In this document: piece after piece, positions 61,021 through 64,000 of the stretch
How positions within the stretch are numbered: the first letter of the stretch is position 1
Layout of the letters: every line of letters begins with the position of its first letter
DNA from: an uncultured Nitrospiraceae bacterium
Lineage (GTDB): Bacteria; Nitrospirota; Thermodesulfovibrionia; Thermodesulfovibrionales; UBA6898
Direction of reading: 5' to 3'
Assembly: GCA_963811165.1 (NCBI GenBank)
Contig: CAWEQH010000001.1
Location: 224,001 to 288,000, forward strand
Length of the DNA stretch: 64,000 nucleotides
Position numbers and translations under genes: made by a program
The notes under the pieces: generated by a model
Databases searched by the model: none
Told to the model about the DNA's origin: nothing
What the model saw: only the letters and a program-made list of their open reading frames with translations

Positions 61021-62277
61021 ATGGACATAAAGGAATTCGTTTCTGGGAAGGCGAAAGAGGCCAGAGAAGGCGCCCGCTCTTTAGGGAAGGCATCATCAAA
61101 GCAGAAGAACCTTGCCCTCATAAAGATGGCCGAGGCGCTTAAGAAAAGGGCGAAGGACCTGATAAAGGAGAACGCCAAGGATATCGTATTTGCCCAAAAA
61201 AAGGGTCTGTCTAAGGCCATGGTCGACAGGCTTACTCTTACTAATAAACGGATAGATGAGATGGCCCAGGGGCTTATTGAGGTCGCCGCGCTCCCTGACC
61301 CGGTAGGTGAGGTCGTCAAGATGTGGCAGCGGCCAAACGGAATGTCGGTCGGCAAAATGCGCGTTCCTATCGGGGTAATAGGTATTATCTACGAATCCAG
61401 GCCCAATGTAACCGCCGATGCGACGAGCCTCTGTCTGAAGGCCGGCAATGCGGTCGTACTTCGCGGCGGCTCCGAGGCGATCAATTCCAACAGGGCCATA
61501 GTGAAGATATTGCGGGATGTTGCGAAAAAAGAGGGACTCAACGAGGGCGTCGTGACGTTCATTGACATTCCTGACAGGGAAGCGGTAATGGAGATGCTGA
61601 AGCTTGAGGGGATAGTGGACCTCATCATCCCCCGCGGCGGAGAGGGGCTCATAAGGGCCGTGACGGAGAATTCCCGGATACCGGTCTTGAAACATTACAA
61701 AGGGGTCTGTCATGTATTTGTCGACAGGGATGCGGACCTCCAGATGGCCGAGGACATATGTTTTAATGCCAAGGTCCAGAGGCCCGGGACGTGCAATGCG
61801 ATGGAAACGATGCTGGTCGACAAAAAGGTCGCACGCAAGTTTCTGCCGGCTATGGCAGCGCGGTTTAGGAAGGCGGGGGTCGTCATGAAGGGATGTCCTG
61901 AGACAACAAAGATCCTTCGTGGTATCGACAGCGCCAAAGAGAAAGACTATTACAACGAGTATCTCGACCTCGTGCTGAATATCAGGGTAGTGAAGGACAT
62001 TGATGAGGCGATGGAGCATATAGCCAAGTATAGCTCCGCGCATTCCGACTCTGTCGTCACGAAGGACTACGCAAAGGGGATGCGGTTTCTTCGCGAGGTG
62101 GATTCCTCCGCGGTGTTTGTAAACGCCTCGACCCGCCTCAACGACGGATATGAGTTCGGCCTCGGCGCCGAGATAGGCATTTCAACGGACAAGATCCATG
62201 CGAGGGGCCCTATGGGACTTGAAGAACTTACCTGTACGAAGTTCATAGTCTTTGGAAACGGGCAGATCAGAGAGTAG
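61021..62277 (+). CDS. proA: Gamma-glutamyl phosphate reductase
   Basis: IYESRPNVT, LRGGSEA, GTCNAMET, GAEIGISTDKIHARGPMG. Confidence 0.98.
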   Translation: MDIKEFVSGKAKEAREGARSLGKASSKQKNLALIKMAEALKKRAKDLIKENAKDIVFAQKKGLSKAMVDRLTLTNKRIDEMAQGLIEVAALPDPVGEVVKMWQRPNGMSVGKMRVPIGVIGIIYESRPNVTADATSLCLKAGNAVVLRGGSEAINSNRAIVKILRDVAKKEGLNEGVVTFIDIPDREAVMEMLKLEGIVDLIIPRGGEGLIRAVTENSRIPVLKHYKGVCHVFVDRDADLQMAEDICFNAKVQRPGTCNAMETMLVDKKVARKFLPAMAARFRKAGVVMKGCPETTKILRGIDSAKEKDYYNEYLDLVLNIRVVKDIDEAMEHIAKYSSAHSDSVVTKDYAKGMRFLREVDSSAVFVNASTRLNDGYEFGLGAEIGISTDKIHARGPMGLEELTCTKFIVFGNGQIRE

Positions 62278-62998
62278 TGGACAGTTGAGAATCGGCGTCT
62301 TCGGCGGCACGTTTAATCCTATCCATCACGGGCACCTAAGGGCAGCGGAGGAGGTGAGGGAGATGCTCGCTTTCGACAAGGTGCTTTTTGTCCCCTCAGG
62401 GACCCCTCCTCTTAAAACAGAGGACCTCACGGATGCCCGCAAGAGATTTGAGATGGCCAGGCTTGCGATTGCCGGCAACAGTGCCTTCGAAGTCCTGGAT
62501 ATAGAGGCCAAGAAGCCGGAAAAGTCTTATACGGTAGAGACTCTTGAGGTGCTTCTCAGACTCTACGGCGCTGCGGAACTATACTTTATACTGGGCATAG
62601 ACGCATTCCTGGACATCCCAAACTGGCGGATGCCGGAGAAACTCGTGTCGATGGTCAATTTCGCAGTCCTGGCGAGGCCCGGGAGCAGCTTTGTCGATCT
62701 TCTCTCGTCACCCTATATGGACGCCGGGGAGGAGATTTTGAAGGGGCTTGACAGCGGCGACGGCGACAGGGGATTGCTGACCCTCAGATTGAGGTCACTC
62801 AAAGAGGCGGTTCTCGTAAAGATCACCACCCTTGATATATCTTCTTCGAGTATAAGGAGGAGCATCAGGGACGGACTAAGCATAAAATATCTATTGCCAG
62901 AGAACGTCGAATCATTTATAATTTCTCATGAGTTATATTCACCTGTTGCGTCAAGACGGGAATCGAAGCGAAAGGTAGGGAAGACCTTTAAAAAGTAG
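62252..62998 (+). CDS. nadD: Nicotinate-nucleotide adenylyltransferase
   Basis: GGTFNPIHHGH, SYTVET, ISSSSIR. Confidence 0.96.
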   Translation: METGRSESSGQLRIGVFGGTFNPIHHGHLRAAEEVREMLAFDKVLFVPSGTPPLKTEDLTDARKRFEMARLAIAGNSAFEVLDIEAKKPEKSYTVETLEVLLRLYGAAELYFILGIDAFLDIPNWRMPEKLVSMVNFAVLARPGSSFVDLLSSPYMDAGEEILKGLDSGDGDRGLLTLRLRSLKEAVLVKITTLDISSSSIRRSIRDGLSIKYLLPENVESFIISHELYSPVASRRESKRKVGKTFKK

Positions 62999-63377
62999 AG
63001 AATTAGCCATCGAGGCAGCAAAAGCGGCCTTGAAAAAGAAGGCCGTTGACCTGGTTGTCCTTGATCTTGCCGGGCTCACCATCATTGCCGATTATTTCGT
63101 AATCTGTTCCGGGGAAAGCACCACACAGGTAAAGGCCGTTGCCGGCTTCATCGAGCATGAATTTGCGGCCAAAGGGGTGAAGCTTTTAGGCGTAGAAGGG
63201 CTCGATTATGGCCACTGGGTCCTTCTGGATTACGGCGACGTTATCGTGCATGTCTTTGAAAAGGAGACAAGGTCCTATTATGAGCTCGAGAAACTCTGGA
63301 TGGATGCTAAGACCCTGGAGATAGATGAAGATAAGACTGGTGTGGGTGGGAAAGACAAAAGAGCGGTGCATCAGTGA
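62988..63377 (+). CDS. rsfS: Ribosome silencing factor (start may be TTA 62988 or TTG 63030)
   Basis: KKAVD, ADYFVICSG, WVLLDYGDVIVHVF, YYELEKLW; nadD-rsfS-rlmH order. Confidence 0.93.
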   Translation, partial: LKSRELAIEAAKAALKKKAVDLVVLDLAGLTIIADYFVICSGESTTQVKAVAGFIEHEFAAKGVKLLGVEGLDYGHWVLLDYGDVIVHVFEKETRSYYELEKLWMDAKTLEIDEDKTGVGGKDKRAVHQ

Positions 63378-63765
63378 AGGGATTGAGAGATATTTAAGGC
63401 TGCTTAAGCCCTTCGGTGAGGTGAGTGTTGTCGAGATCAAGGAAGAAAAGGGAAAGGATATTCACCGGATGGTCGAAAAAGAGGGCGAGAGGATAGTAAA
63501 GCTACAGGCCCCCTATGTCCTTCTCGATGAAAAAGGGAAAGGCTTTACATCTTCCGAATTTGCGGATTTTCTCTCGAGGCGCTCGCCTTCGATCACTTTT
63601 GTTACCGGCGGTGCGTACGGCGTCTCTGAAAATGTTCGAAAGACGGCCGAATGCACGGTGGCTCTCTCGAAGATGACTTTTACCCATGAGATGGCGAGGC
63701 TGTTCCTCGTGGAGCAGATATACAGGGCATTCACGATAATGCACAAAAGGGGATACCATCACTGA
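63325..63765 (+). CDS. rlmH: 23S rRNA m3Psi1915 methyltransferase
   Basis: LDEKGK, GGAYG, LSKMTFTHEMARLFLVEQIYRA, YHH. Confidence 0.96.
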   Translation: MKIRLVWVGKTKERCISEGIERYLRLLKPFGEVSVVEIKEEKGKDIHRMVEKEGERIVKLQAPYVLLDEKGKGFTSSEFADFLSRRSPSITFVTGGAYGVSENVRKTAECTVALSKMTFTHEMARLFLVEQIYRAFTIMHKRGYHH

Positions 63766-64000
63766 TGGGCAAATTATCGATATTTATACTGGTGCTTTTC
63801 CTTGCGGGGCTTTCCCTTTTCGCCTTCTACAACAAAGAGACGATCGCGGTGACCGTCCCCTTCAGCGATGCCTACGAAGTTCCCACGTTTGCGGTCGTGC
63901 TCTTTTCGATCGCTGTGGGTATACTTATATCCCTTATTTTTTTCGCGATCAGGGACACCAAGAAGTTCATCGACAACTGGCAGTACCAGAAGAAGCAGAA
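63765..64000 (+). CDS. LapA-like membrane protein (possibly TPR-fused), runs off the window edge
   Basis: MGKLSIFILVLFLAGLSLFAFYNKETIAVTVPF then a second TM segment; TGATG overlap with rlmH. Confidence 0.65.
   Translation, partial: MGKLSIFILVLFLAGLSLFAFYNKETIAVTVPFSDAYEVPTFAVVLFSIAVGILISLIFFAIRDTKKFIDNWQYQKKQ

Noticed and set aside
25790..62043. Long antisense ORFs in the track (e.g. 25790-26596, 29463-30350, 39284-40132, 57565-58488, 61096-62043)
   Set aside because: Shadows of well-supported genes on the opposite strand.
1..64000. CRISPR array, rRNA, prophage or integron integrase
   Set aside because: No spaced repeats, rRNA-like tracts, phage structural genes or tyrosine recombinase seen.

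Overview
Chromosomal window from an anaerobic bacterium with dissimilatory sulfur metabolism. Gene content and order suggest Nitrospirota class Thermodesulfovibrionia or a deltaproteobacterium-like organism (inference only). It carries a sat-aprBA-qmoABC-CBS-hppA-YkgJ cluster, a ModE-controlled tungstate/molybdate ABC locus with three different TupA-like proteins, an iorAB/xdhC/mocA/moeB molybdoenzyme locus, housekeeping genes (recN, trpD, prfB with its programmed frameshift, lnt, rtcA, recQ, truA, rdgB, trpE/trpG, proA, nadD, rsfS, rlmH) and three tRNAs. The most unusual part is an AT-richer accessory island at about 18.9-25.7 kb: hicBA, an unknown 182-aa gene, a roughly 1000-codon Upf1-like SF1 helicase-PLD nuclease-Zn ribbon fusion (Mokosh type II-like candidate defence gene), a very short (48 bp) integron attC-like site, a truncated cassette gene, and an intact IS4-family element with a full-length overlapping ORF. 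Other candidates are a standalone ~75-nt sRNA with its own promoter and terminator, a signal-less TupA next to an HTH-only ModE, a MITE-like element, and a possible TTA start for rsfS. Clustered small indels in conserved genes (qmoA, trpE, tupA3, tupB) look like assembly errors, so pseudogene calls here are unreliable. All calls come from reading the sequence; no database searches were run.
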